A stretch of DNA of 30,560 nucleotides. Source: a virus. Its lineage: Duplodnaviria > Caudoviricetes. A program made the translations under genes and the position numbers. The stretch covers positions 1 to 30,560 of the IMG/VR virus record IMGVR_UViG_3300033067_000435. One strand, written 5' to 3'. Positions 1 through 7,284 of this stretch are shown piece after piece (within the stretch, counting starts at the first letter, position 1; each line of letters begins with the position of its first letter). The notes under the pieces are model-generated. The model was not told the DNA's origin, ran no database searches, and saw nothing but the letters and a program-made list of their open reading frames with translations.

Positions 1-37
1 GAAGTTGTACAGATCCATGTTCTAAGCTCCTAAGTTA

Positions 38-217
38 GTATGCACCAACATAGTGCATACACAATACGTAAGGCTACGAACTCGAAGAGTTCGTTAACTC
101 AGTTGACTAAGCTATGTACCCTCCCCTACCTAGCCCCTTGGGGCCCCCTAAGCCACTTCGTAATTCCGAATCCGAAGTGGGGTGGGGGCTAAGGGGCGAG
201 GGGGGAGGGGATGGGTA
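38..217. repeat. Inverted-repeat cluster upstream of terS (two short perfect hairpins and one long C-rich/G-rich imperfect hairpin)
   Basis: GTATGCAC 38-45 / GTGCATAC 53-60; ACGAACTC 76-83 / GAGTTCGT 87-94 with a GAA loop; CCACTTCG 153-160 / CGAAGTGG 173-180, extended outward by C-runs (119-148) pairing with G-runs (184-215). Confidence 0.8.
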
Positions 218-225
218 TGGATCGC

Positions 226-281
226 AAAACAATAGAAAAAAGTCGAAAAAAAAATATAAAAAAAAAAATTTGTGGTAGAAT
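226..281 (+). promoter_or_regulatory. Putative extended -10 promoter for the packaging operon with upstream A-tracts
   Basis: TGgTAGAAT at 273-281, preceded by long A-runs (UP-element-like), 34 nt upstream of the terS ATG. Confidence 0.55.
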
Positions 282-314
282 TACGGCATTCCATATGGCA
301 TCAGACACAAAACT

Positions 315-830
315 ATGGCGGGCACGATAAAACTAGGCGAACCGAGGCCGGATACGCTCATAAACAACCGAGAAAAGAACGGCGACGCGGCTCTTACGGT
401 CCAAGAACGGCTATTCGTAAGCTTCATTGTGCGTGACAACATGTCACCGATCACAGCTGCGCGTGCAGCAGGGTATCTTCAGCCTGAAGTTACCGTCGGC
501 GCGCTTATGAAGCGCCAAAGAGTACTAAATGCCATTGACATCGGTCGAAAAGAGTTCGAAATAACCGTTGGAATGACGCGTCAGAAGGTCCTCGAGGGGT
601 TCTTAGACGCTATTTCCATCGCTCGTGCGGCCGGCGAAGCCGCTCCGATGGTGTCTGGGTGGAAAGAAATCGCCAAAATGTGCGGATACTACGAGCCACA
701 ACGTCATGTGCTGACAGTAAACCACACTGGCGAGGTGATTATTGCAAAACTTCAAGCAATGCCGGATAGCGAGCTGCTAAAACTCGCCGAAGGCGTTGAA
801 ATTGATGGTGATTTTCAAAAACTGGAGTAA
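315..830 (+). CDS. terS: Terminase small subunit (putative)
   Basis: 171 aa; N-terminal HTH-like TerS pattern (LTVQERLFV...ITAARAAGY); lies just upstream of terL. Confidence 0.75.
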   Translation: MAGTIKLGEPRPDTLINNREKNGDAALTVQERLFVSFIVRDNMSPITAARAAGYLQPEVTVGALMKRQRVLNAIDIGRKEFEITVGMTRQKVLEGFLDAISIARAAGEAAPMVSGWKEIAKMCGYYEPQRHVLTVNHTGEVIIAKLQAMPDSELLKLAEGVEIDGDFQKLE

Positions 831-833
831 CAA

Positions 834-1136
834 ATGTATTTCGGCTACTGCAAACGAACAGAAAACCCGTTTTGGCCAACAGGAATCGCTTTCGGCCACA
901 CAACGGACTGCCCAAACCTAAAAGATGAGAGCGGCGAGCTCAAAAACCTCGTCACGGCGGCGCGTGGACAGGAGATTGTCGCCTTTGCGCTACAAAACGA
1001 CGAAGATCGCAAAGAAGGCATCTTCTTTTTGTTTTACCCAGGCCTGTTCCACCGGGATATCGTCGCTGTACGAGACTTTGCGTATAAAAACGCTGTAGAT
1101 CGTGACGTAATACCGCTGGCGGTGGAAGGTTCCTAA
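834..1136 (+). CDS. Hypothetical protein between terS and terL
   Basis: 100-aa ORF starting 3 nt after the terS stop; its TAA overlaps the terL ATG (TAATG). No recognisable motif. Confidence 0.65.
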   Translation: MYFGYCKRTENPFWPTGIAFGHTTDCPNLKDESGELKNLVTAARGQEIVAFALQNDEDRKEGIFFLFYPGLFHRDIVAVRDFAYKNAVDRDVIPLAVEGS

Positions 1137-3292
1137 TGACAATGTCGGCCCGGAAGGCCCAGGCGGTGCTGGCTCAGCGCGAGCTAGCCCGCCGTCGGCT
1201 ACTCCATTTCACAAAATTTACGCACCCATCGTACGAATCGGGCTGGGTGCATGAAGATATTTGCGCGCGCCTGGAGAAGTTCTCGAAAGACGTAGTGGAT
1301 CGCAAGAGCCCACGTCTCATGCTGCTTATGCCGCCACGCCACGGGAAACTACTAGCCGACAGCACGCCGGTGCGTACGCGCGACGGGTGGAAAACCCACG
1401 GCGAGCTGCGCCCAGGTGACTATGTCATCGGCTCCACAGGTCATTGGGTACGTGTGTCCCAGGTTTCTGGCCCAGGCCGAGCAGACGTGGAGATTACGTT
1501 ATGCACCGGAGAGAAGTTCCTAGCGCATGAGAACCATGAGTGGACGGTACTTAAGACCAAGGCTGGCGTCACCAACGGCTCCGGGTACAACGGGAAGTTC
1601 AAAATCCTGGATACCGTAGAGACCAAGGAGATTTTGGCGTGGTGTGACGCTCACGGCGGGTCAGGCCGGTACATGAGCCGCCCCGACGACTGGCGCTTTC
1701 GTATCAACGAGGCAGCGCTGGAGAACAACCGAGACATCGTGTTCGACATCCGTCGTCGACTACGCCCCCGCCTGCGGGCAAAGAGCTTCCGCATCGTAGC
1801 GGCCAGACGCGTGCCCCCGGAGGAGGCACAGGTTGGTCGGTGCATCCAGGTAGATGCGCCCGACGGCCTGTACTGCGTGGGTCGTGGGTTCGTGCTCACA
1901 CACAACAGCGAGCTGGCTAGCATACGCTTCCCCGCCTGGCACTTAGGTCATAACCCGCGACACGAAATCATCAACGTAGGGTACAATCTCGACCTGCCTA
2001 TTAAGTTTTCTCGGAAGGTACGTGAGGTCGTCAAAGACGCGAACTACACGGCTATGTTCCCGGACACAAGGCTGGACCCCGACGTGCAGTCGGCGGAGAG
2101 TTGGAACACAACGAAAGGGGGTGGTTTTACAGCTGCGGGTGTGGGCGGTGGTATTACAGGCAAAGGTGCTCACATCCTGATCATCGACGATCCCCTGAAA
2201 AACATGGAGGAGGCGGACAGCATTGACCGCCGCGATCTGCTCGATGAATGGTATCAATCGACCGCGTACACCCGGCTAGCGCCGGGTGGCGGTGTACTGT
2301 TTATCGAGACATGGTGGAACGATGATGATCTCGCCGGTAGGCTCCAGCAGCGTATGGAGAATGACCCCGACGCCGACCAGTTCGACGTTGTGAAGTATCC
2401 GGCCATCTCAGAGAAGTGGGAGTACCGTGACAAAGATTCGTTCGTCATTGTGCGGTCAGAGAAAGAGATTGACGTAGCTAACCCGCCACTGGGGTATTCA
2501 CGTAATCTAGAGCTCCTACGCCCCATCGACTTCTGCCTGCATGAAGCGCGGTACCCCACCGAAGCGCTTAAGAAAATCCGCGCGAATATGAACAGCCCAC
2601 GGATTTGGTCGGCTCTGTACCAGCAGAACCCGGTGCCAGACGAGGGTATGTACTTCCAGAAGGAATACTTTAAGTATCAGGCCACGATGCCGTCTATCGG
2701 GGGCTTCCAGCTATACACAGCGTGGGACTTCGCCATTGGTGAGAAGCAGCAGAACGACTATACGGTTGGCGTCACGTTGTTGCAGGATAACAACGACATC
2801 CTGTACGTCATGGATGTCGTGCGCTTCCGTGGCGACGCGATGGAGATCGTTGAGGCTATACTCGACACCGCCCAGCGTTGGGGCTCGGACCCGACGACGG
2901 ACTACATGCTTGGTGTGGAAGATGGACAGATTTGGAGGGCCATCGAACCTTTGTTGAAGAAGCGCATGGACGAACGCCGCATGTTTCTGCCATATGAAGC
3001 GCTGAAGCCGTTGACAGATAAGTTGTCACGCGCCCGCCCGCTCCAGGGGCGCATGCAGCAGAAGAAAGTTGTGTTCCCTCAGGAGGCTACATGGTTAAAA
3101 GACACAGAAAAAGAGCTGTTACGCTTCCCAGCTGGAGCACACGACGACGTAGTAGACGCGTTAGCCTGGGGCGTAAGACTAGTGATCAACCGCCCACCGA
3201 AGGTGCGCGATACCCCGCAGCCGCTGAAGAGCTGGAAAGATCAACTTGTAGTAGAATCGGCGAACTTGGGTGAAGGGCACATGGCGGCGTAA
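1136..3292 (+). CDS. terL: Terminase large subunit, intein-containing
   Basis: Walker A PPRHGK|S interrupted by an intein; Walker B ILIIDDP; ALYQQNP motif; RNase H-like nuclease motifs AWDFA and HDDVVDA. Confidence 0.95.
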   Translation: MTMSARKAQAVLAQRELARRRLLHFTKFTHPSYESGWVHEDICARLEKFSKDVVDRKSPRLMLLMPPRHGKLLADSTPVRTRDGWKTHGELRPGDYVIGSTGHWVRVSQVSGPGRADVEITLCTGEKFLAHENHEWTVLKTKAGVTNGSGYNGKFKILDTVETKEILAWCDAHGGSGRYMSRPDDWRFRINEAALENNRDIVFDIRRRLRPRLRAKSFRIVAARRVPPEEAQVGRCIQVDAPDGLYCVGRGFVLTHNSELASIRFPAWHLGHNPRHEIINVGYNLDLPIKFSRKVREVVKDANYTAMFPDTRLDPDVQSAESWNTTKGGGFTAAGVGGGITGKGAHILIIDDPLKNMEEADSIDRRDLLDEWYQSTAYTRLAPGGGVLFIETWWNDDDLAGRLQQRMENDPDADQFDVVKYPAISEKWEYRDKDSFVIVRSEKEIDVANPPLGYSRNLELLRPIDFCLHEARYPTEALKKIRANMNSPRIWSALYQQNPVPDEGMYFQKEYFKYQATMPSIGGFQLYTAWDFAIGEKQQNDYTVGVTLLQDNNDILYVMDVVRFRGDAMEIVEAILDTAQRWGSDPTTDYMLGVEDGQIWRAIEPLLKKRMDERRMFLPYEALKPLTDKLSRARPLQGRMQQKKVVFPQEATWLKDTEKELLRFPAGAHDDVVDALAWGVRLVINRPPKVRDTPQPLKSWKDQLVVESANLGEGHMAA
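1349..1906 (+). mobile_element. Class 3 mini-intein (186 aa, no homing endonuclease) in the TerL P-loop
   Basis: Block A LLADSTPV..RDGWK..GELRPGDYV; block B HENHEW; block F GRCIQVD; block G VLTHN followed by +1 Ser. Removing it restores MPPRHGKSELAS. No LAGLIDADG or HNH motif seen. Confidence 0.92.
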
Positions 3293-3448
3293 TGAATGAA
3301 GTAGATAGGAGAAGCGCGAAGTTGCAAAATCCTCCTAAACTTCATCTCAAAGTGTCCTAACCTTCTTTATATCTATACTCTTTTTTATTTTCTTCTTCTT
3401 CTTCAATCATTAGTTTAAAGTGAGAGAATGAGAGGAAAAAGGAAACCA
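3293..3448. other. AT-rich intergenic spacer with polypyrimidine and polypurine tracts
   Basis: T/C-rich tract about 3361-3404 including (CTT)n, followed by a G/A-rich tract about 3418-3445; far more AT-rich than the flanking genes. Confidence 0.6.
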
Positions 3449-5629
3449 ATGCCTGTAAACGAAAAACTAGCGCACGACGTCTGGGCACGTTACCAGTTCC
3501 TTCGTGACAACGGCCATCTCGACTTCGTGTTCAAAGCCAACAAGTGCGAAGACTTTTTTCTCGGCGCCCAGTGGTCTAAAAGCGATCTGGCGCTACTAAA
3601 AGCACAACGCCGCCCAGCATTGCAGATCAATAAAATCATCAGCACCATGTCGAACGTGCTAGGTGAGCAGATTTTCAACCGAACTGACATCGCATTTAAG
3701 CCACGGAATGAGAACGCTACTTTGGACGTAGCTTCCGCACTTACCAAGGTGTTTATGCAGATTTCGGACAATAATCAGCTACCCTGGGTACGGTCGGATG
3801 TATTCTTTGACGGAGTAGTGTCAGGAAGGGGCTTCTACGACGTCAGGTTGAACTTTACTGACTCCCTGCAGGGGGAAGTTCATGTCGAGCAAGTAAACCC
3901 CAAGAACGTCCTTATAGACGCCGATGCGGACGCCTATGACCCCGACACATGGTCAGACGTAGTCATCACTAAGTGGATAAGCCCAGACCAAATCGAAATT
4001 TTGTACTCCAAGGCTGACGCAGACCTACTTCGTATGGATCGTGGTCAGTTCTCCCCATACAGCTATGACTCTATCGACCGTAATCGCGACCGTTTCGGCG
4101 TCCCACGCTCAGTTATGCCTGGTATCGGCCCCGAGTCCGACCGAACGTCAGCACGGAACATCCGCGTCGTTGAGCGCCAGTGGAAAAAGCTAGATAAGGT
4201 ATCTCACTTCGTCGATGTGACGACCGGGGATATGCGACAGGTGCCAGACAGCATGGACGAGGTTGCTGTAGCCGCTCATTTGGAAAAAAATCCAAATCTG
4301 ACGATAACTAAGAAGCTAATCCACCGCATTCGTTGGACTGTCGTGGCCGGCAGCGTGGTCCTGCACGACGATTGGAGCCCATACAAGCACTTTACGATAG
4401 TTCCGTTCTTCCCGCACTTTATTCGCGGCCGTACGGTGGGCCTGGTCGAGAATCTCATCGATTCTCAGGAGCTGCTTAATAAATCGTCCAGCCAAGAGCT
4501 GCACATTGTAAATACGACAGCTAACAGCGGCTGGAAGATTAAAAAAGGCTCTCTAACCAACATGACTACGGGCGAGCTCGAAAACCGTGGCGCCGTTACT
4601 GGTCTGGTGCTCGAGCTGTCAGATGTGAACGATGCGGAGAAGATCGTACCAAACCAGGTACCTTCTGGCCTAGATCGAATCAGCTACAAAGCCGAAGAGC
4701 ACATTAAGACTATTTCAGCGATTACGGACTATCAAATTGGTAACCCGCGCGAGGACGTGTCAGCCAAGGCTGTACAGACGAACAAAGCGTCTGGCCAGTC
4801 CAACTTGGCAAAGGTGATGGACAACATGAACCGCACAGATCACTTGCTGGCGCGGAACATACTGGACATTATTCAGGAGTACTACACGGAGCAGCGTCTT
4901 GTTCGTATCACTACGGACAAGCTGACTAACTCGATGGAAGAGATCACAGTAAATGAGCTCACCCCCGAGGGGGAGATAAAAAATAACCTCACGCTCGGTG
5001 AGTATGCTGTTGTCATCACTACGCAGCCGGAGCGCGATACGTTCGAAGAAACTCAGTTCGACCAAGCCGTACGTCTTCGTACCGAAGCCGCTGTGGCTAT
5101 TCCGGACACGTATATCATTGGCGCCAGCCGTCTGAAAGACAAGGCCAAGATAATCGAGGCCATGGAGGGTAACAAAGACTCTCCGGAAGCGAAGGCCGAA
5201 GCCGCATTGGCTGCTCGTCAGCGAGAAGCTGAGGTTTCCGCGCTCGAAGCCGAGGTAGAAAACAAAGTAGCGGACGCTAAGCTCAAACACGCTAAGGCTA
5301 GCAAAGAGTCAGTGCTTGCGGAGAAGGAGGCTAACACCCCTCCGGAAGATAATGGCGCTGAGGCTAAGCTAGCAGAGGTACAATTGGACCATAAACTAGC
5401 CATGCAGAAGCTTGAGGCGGAGTTCGCGCTCAAGAAAGAAGAGATGGATCGCGAGTTCGCCTTGAAGGAAGAGCTTGCCCGTAAGGAAGCGGCAGTCAAC
5501 AACACTGTAAAGGTGGAAGACGCCAGAACCAACCGTATCGCAGCCATCGCGGCAGCGAAAAACAAACCGGCTCAGCCAGGTAACGGAACTAAACCGGCAT
5601 CAGGTAAGTCGAAACAAACTGAAAAATAG
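3449..5629 (+). CDS. Portal protein, P22-like, with long C-terminal coiled coil
   Basis: Motifs FFLGAQW, RPALQINKI, DGVVSGRGF, GLVENLIDSQELLNK; directly follows terL. Start placed at ATG 3449 (MPVNEK) behind a purine-rich RBS; the track start at 3428 is in frame. Confidence 0.9.
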   Translation: MPVNEKLAHDVWARYQFLRDNGHLDFVFKANKCEDFFLGAQWSKSDLALLKAQRRPALQINKIISTMSNVLGEQIFNRTDIAFKPRNENATLDVASALTKVFMQISDNNQLPWVRSDVFFDGVVSGRGFYDVRLNFTDSLQGEVHVEQVNPKNVLIDADADAYDPDTWSDVVITKWISPDQIEILYSKADADLLRMDRGQFSPYSYDSIDRNRDRFGVPRSVMPGIGPESDRTSARNIRVVERQWKKLDKVSHFVDVTTGDMRQVPDSMDEVAVAAHLEKNPNLTITKKLIHRIRWTVVAGSVVLHDDWSPYKHFTIVPFFPHFIRGRTVGLVENLIDSQELLNKSSSQELHIVNTTANSGWKIKKGSLTNMTTGELENRGAVTGLVLELSDVNDAEKIVPNQVPSGLDRISYKAEEHIKTISAITDYQIGNPREDVSAKAVQTNKASGQSNLAKVMDNMNRTDHLLARNILDIIQEYYTEQRLVRITTDKLTNSMEEITVNELTPEGEIKNNLTLGEYAVVITTQPERDTFEETQFDQAVRLRTEAAVAIPDTYIIGASRLKDKAKIIEAMEGNKDSPEAKAEAALAARQREAEVSALEAEVENKVADAKLKHAKASKESVLAEKEANTPPEDNGAEAKLAEVQLDHKLAMQKLEAEFALKKEEMDREFALKEELARKEAAVNNTVKVEDARTNRIAAIAAAKNKPAQPGNGTKPASGKSKQTEK

Positions 5630-5637
5630 GAGTATGT

Positions 5638-6645
5638 ATGTATTGGAACCGATTTAAATTCCTCTCGGAAGCAGGTGAAGCCGACGGCTCAGCGGCAGCT
5701 GCAGACGCCCAAGCACGAGGCGACTTTGTGCAGGAAGACGACGCTGCCGCTACTAAGGAATCACCTGCTGCGGCCGAAAAAGTTACGGATAAACTGAGCG
5801 ACGACGCCGAGGACAAAGCGAAAACCGGTGACGAGGGCGAAGAGACAGACGAAGAAAAGGCAGAGCGCGAGGCGGAAGAGGCCAAGGCCGCTAAGAAAGC
5901 TAATATCCGTGTGCCTAAGGCTCGTCTGGACGAGGTTACGCAAAAAGCTCGAGCTCGCGAGGCCGACCTGAAGCGTCAGATCGACGAACTCCAAAATAAG
6001 CTGACCGGCAAAGAGGCAAAAACCGAAGTAGATCGGTTTAAGGCCGAAATCGACAGCATGCAGGATAAATACGAAGACCTGGTGCAAGAGGGCAGAAAAG
6101 ACGAAGCGCGCGCAATTCGCAAGAAAATTGACGCAGCCCGCGAAGAATTGGCCGAATATCGCCTCGCAACGGCGTCCGACCGAGCTCGCGCTGCAGCTAT
6201 GGATGACTTGCGTTATGACGCCGCCCTGGCTAACGTAGAGGCTAAGTTTCCGGCGTTGAACCCGGACCACGAGGCTTTCGACGAAGAACTGTCAACAGAG
6301 GTAGTCACGCTGCTGGAGGCGTTCTTGGCTAAGGGCTTTACACGCGCAGCGGCGCTCCAGAAGTCCGTTAAGTATGTTATGGGGCCAGACCACGAGCCCA
6401 CTAAAGAGGACGAAAAAGACACGACTAGCACCCTACGGGCTAAGCAGCAGGCAGACGCACGTAAGAAAGTAGCCGACGCAGCTTCGCGCACACCGCCGAA
6501 CACGAACAAAGTTGGCGAAAACTCAGATAAGCACGGAGAACGAGGCAACGGTAAGGGTATCGACGTGATGCGCCTATCCCAAGCGGAGTTCAAAAAGCTA
6601 GATGAACAGACGTTGTCCGACCTTCGCGGCGACACTGTAGAGTAA
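5638..6645 (+). CDS. Capsid scaffolding protein (putative)
   Basis: Acidic, helical 335-aa protein between portal and capsid genes; VPKARLDEV motif; C-terminal IDVMRLSQAEFKKL..LRGD helix typical of scaffolds; AGGAG RBS. Confidence 0.75.
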   Translation: MYWNRFKFLSEAGEADGSAAAADAQARGDFVQEDDAAATKESPAAAEKVTDKLSDDAEDKAKTGDEGEETDEEKAEREAEEAKAAKKANIRVPKARLDEVTQKARAREADLKRQIDELQNKLTGKEAKTEVDRFKAEIDSMQDKYEDLVQEGRKDEARAIRKKIDAAREELAEYRLATASDRARAAAMDDLRYDAALANVEAKFPALNPDHEAFDEELSTEVVTLLEAFLAKGFTRAAALQKSVKYVMGPDHEPTKEDEKDTTSTLRAKQQADARKKVADAASRTPPNTNKVGENSDKHGERGNGKGIDVMRLSQAEFKKLDEQTLSDLRGDTVE

Positions 6646-6824
6646 TGCGCGGGATAAAGCTAACGCTGGTGGTATCTAGGCTGTCACCAGCGTCCCGCCG
6701 CGTTCTAGCGCGGATGGTAACTAACAACCACGTACGTTCTGACAAAATCAACGTACCGTCGAAGCCGTCAGCGCAACGCTTAGGCGTAGCGGGGTTCGAC
6801 GCTTTCAAACCGATGGGACAATAA
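6645..6824 (+). CDS. Small basic hypothetical protein (59 aa; not in ORF track)
   Basis: ATG overlaps the scaffold stop (TAATG); translates MRGIKLTLVVSRLSPASRRVLARMV...FKPMGQ; stop lies 1 nt before the next ATG. The region also folds strongly (see findings). Confidence 0.45.
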   Translation: MRGIKLTLVVSRLSPASRRVLARMVTNNHVRSDKINVPSKPSAQRLGVAGFDAFKPMGQ

Positions 6825-6825
6825 A

Positions 6826-7134
6826 ATGAGTACAGAAGTAAAGCAAATCAGTCAGACAGAGTTCATTCTGTGGCTAAACGGAGCAACAAGCATGCTTGAT
6901 GGCCCCCCAACAGAGGAACAATGGAAAAAGATTCGAGAGAACCTAGATGTAGTCGTCGGCGGTATCGTAGCGAGTAAACTACTCGACGAAGCAGACACAC
7001 TCGTTAAACGCAACGAAGACCTGCACGCGTTGTACGTTAGAAACGCAGCGGCAGCTGCCGATGGTTTCGAGCGCACATACACCTACAACCCGCAGTTTTT
7101 ATCGGGGGCGCAGATAGTAAGTAGCACAATGTAG
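6826..7134 (+). CDS. Hypothetical protein
   Basis: 102-aa ORF in operon orientation with a plausible globular N-terminus (EFILWLNGA...PPTEEQWKKIRE). Confidence 0.7.
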   Translation: MSTEVKQISQTEFILWLNGATSMLDGPPTEEQWKKIRENLDVVVGGIVASKLLDEADTLVKRNEDLHALYVRNAAAAADGFERTYTYNPQFLSGAQIVSSTM

Positions 7135-7163
7135 TTGACAAATGAGTGTCGGCGTGCTAGCAT
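7135..7163 (+). promoter_or_regulatory. Sigma70-type promoter for the capsid operon
   Basis: Consensus TTGACA 7135-7140, 17-nt spacer, TAGCAT 7158-7163 with an extended TG at 7155-7156. Confidence 0.8.
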
Positions 7164-7170
7164 TCCGACC

Positions 7171-7250
7171 CTCGACTGTACGACTCGATAGGCGTACGGA
7201 GCCACGACCTCCTAAAACTCGTATCCGCGAGCCACGCGACACTCTGGCAC
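7171..7250 (+). promoter_or_regulatory. Structured 5' leader of the major capsid gene (tandem pseudoknot candidates)
   Basis: GGAG/CTCC with ACGA/TCGT, and CGCG/CGCG with GCCA/TGGC, are crossing pairings; followed by a U-rich tract and GGAGG RBS (7274-7278). Confidence 0.55.
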
Positions 7251-7284
7251 AACGATCCGATTTTTCTTTTAATGGAGGCCATAC

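Noticed and set aside
1550-1790. Homing endonuclease inside the intein
   Set aside because: Linker is only about 80 aa with no LAGLIDADG, HNH or GIY-YIG motif.
5420-5473. Short duplicated EFALK.E unit in the portal C-terminus
   Set aside because: Ordinary coiled-coil periodicity of a P22-type portal barrel.
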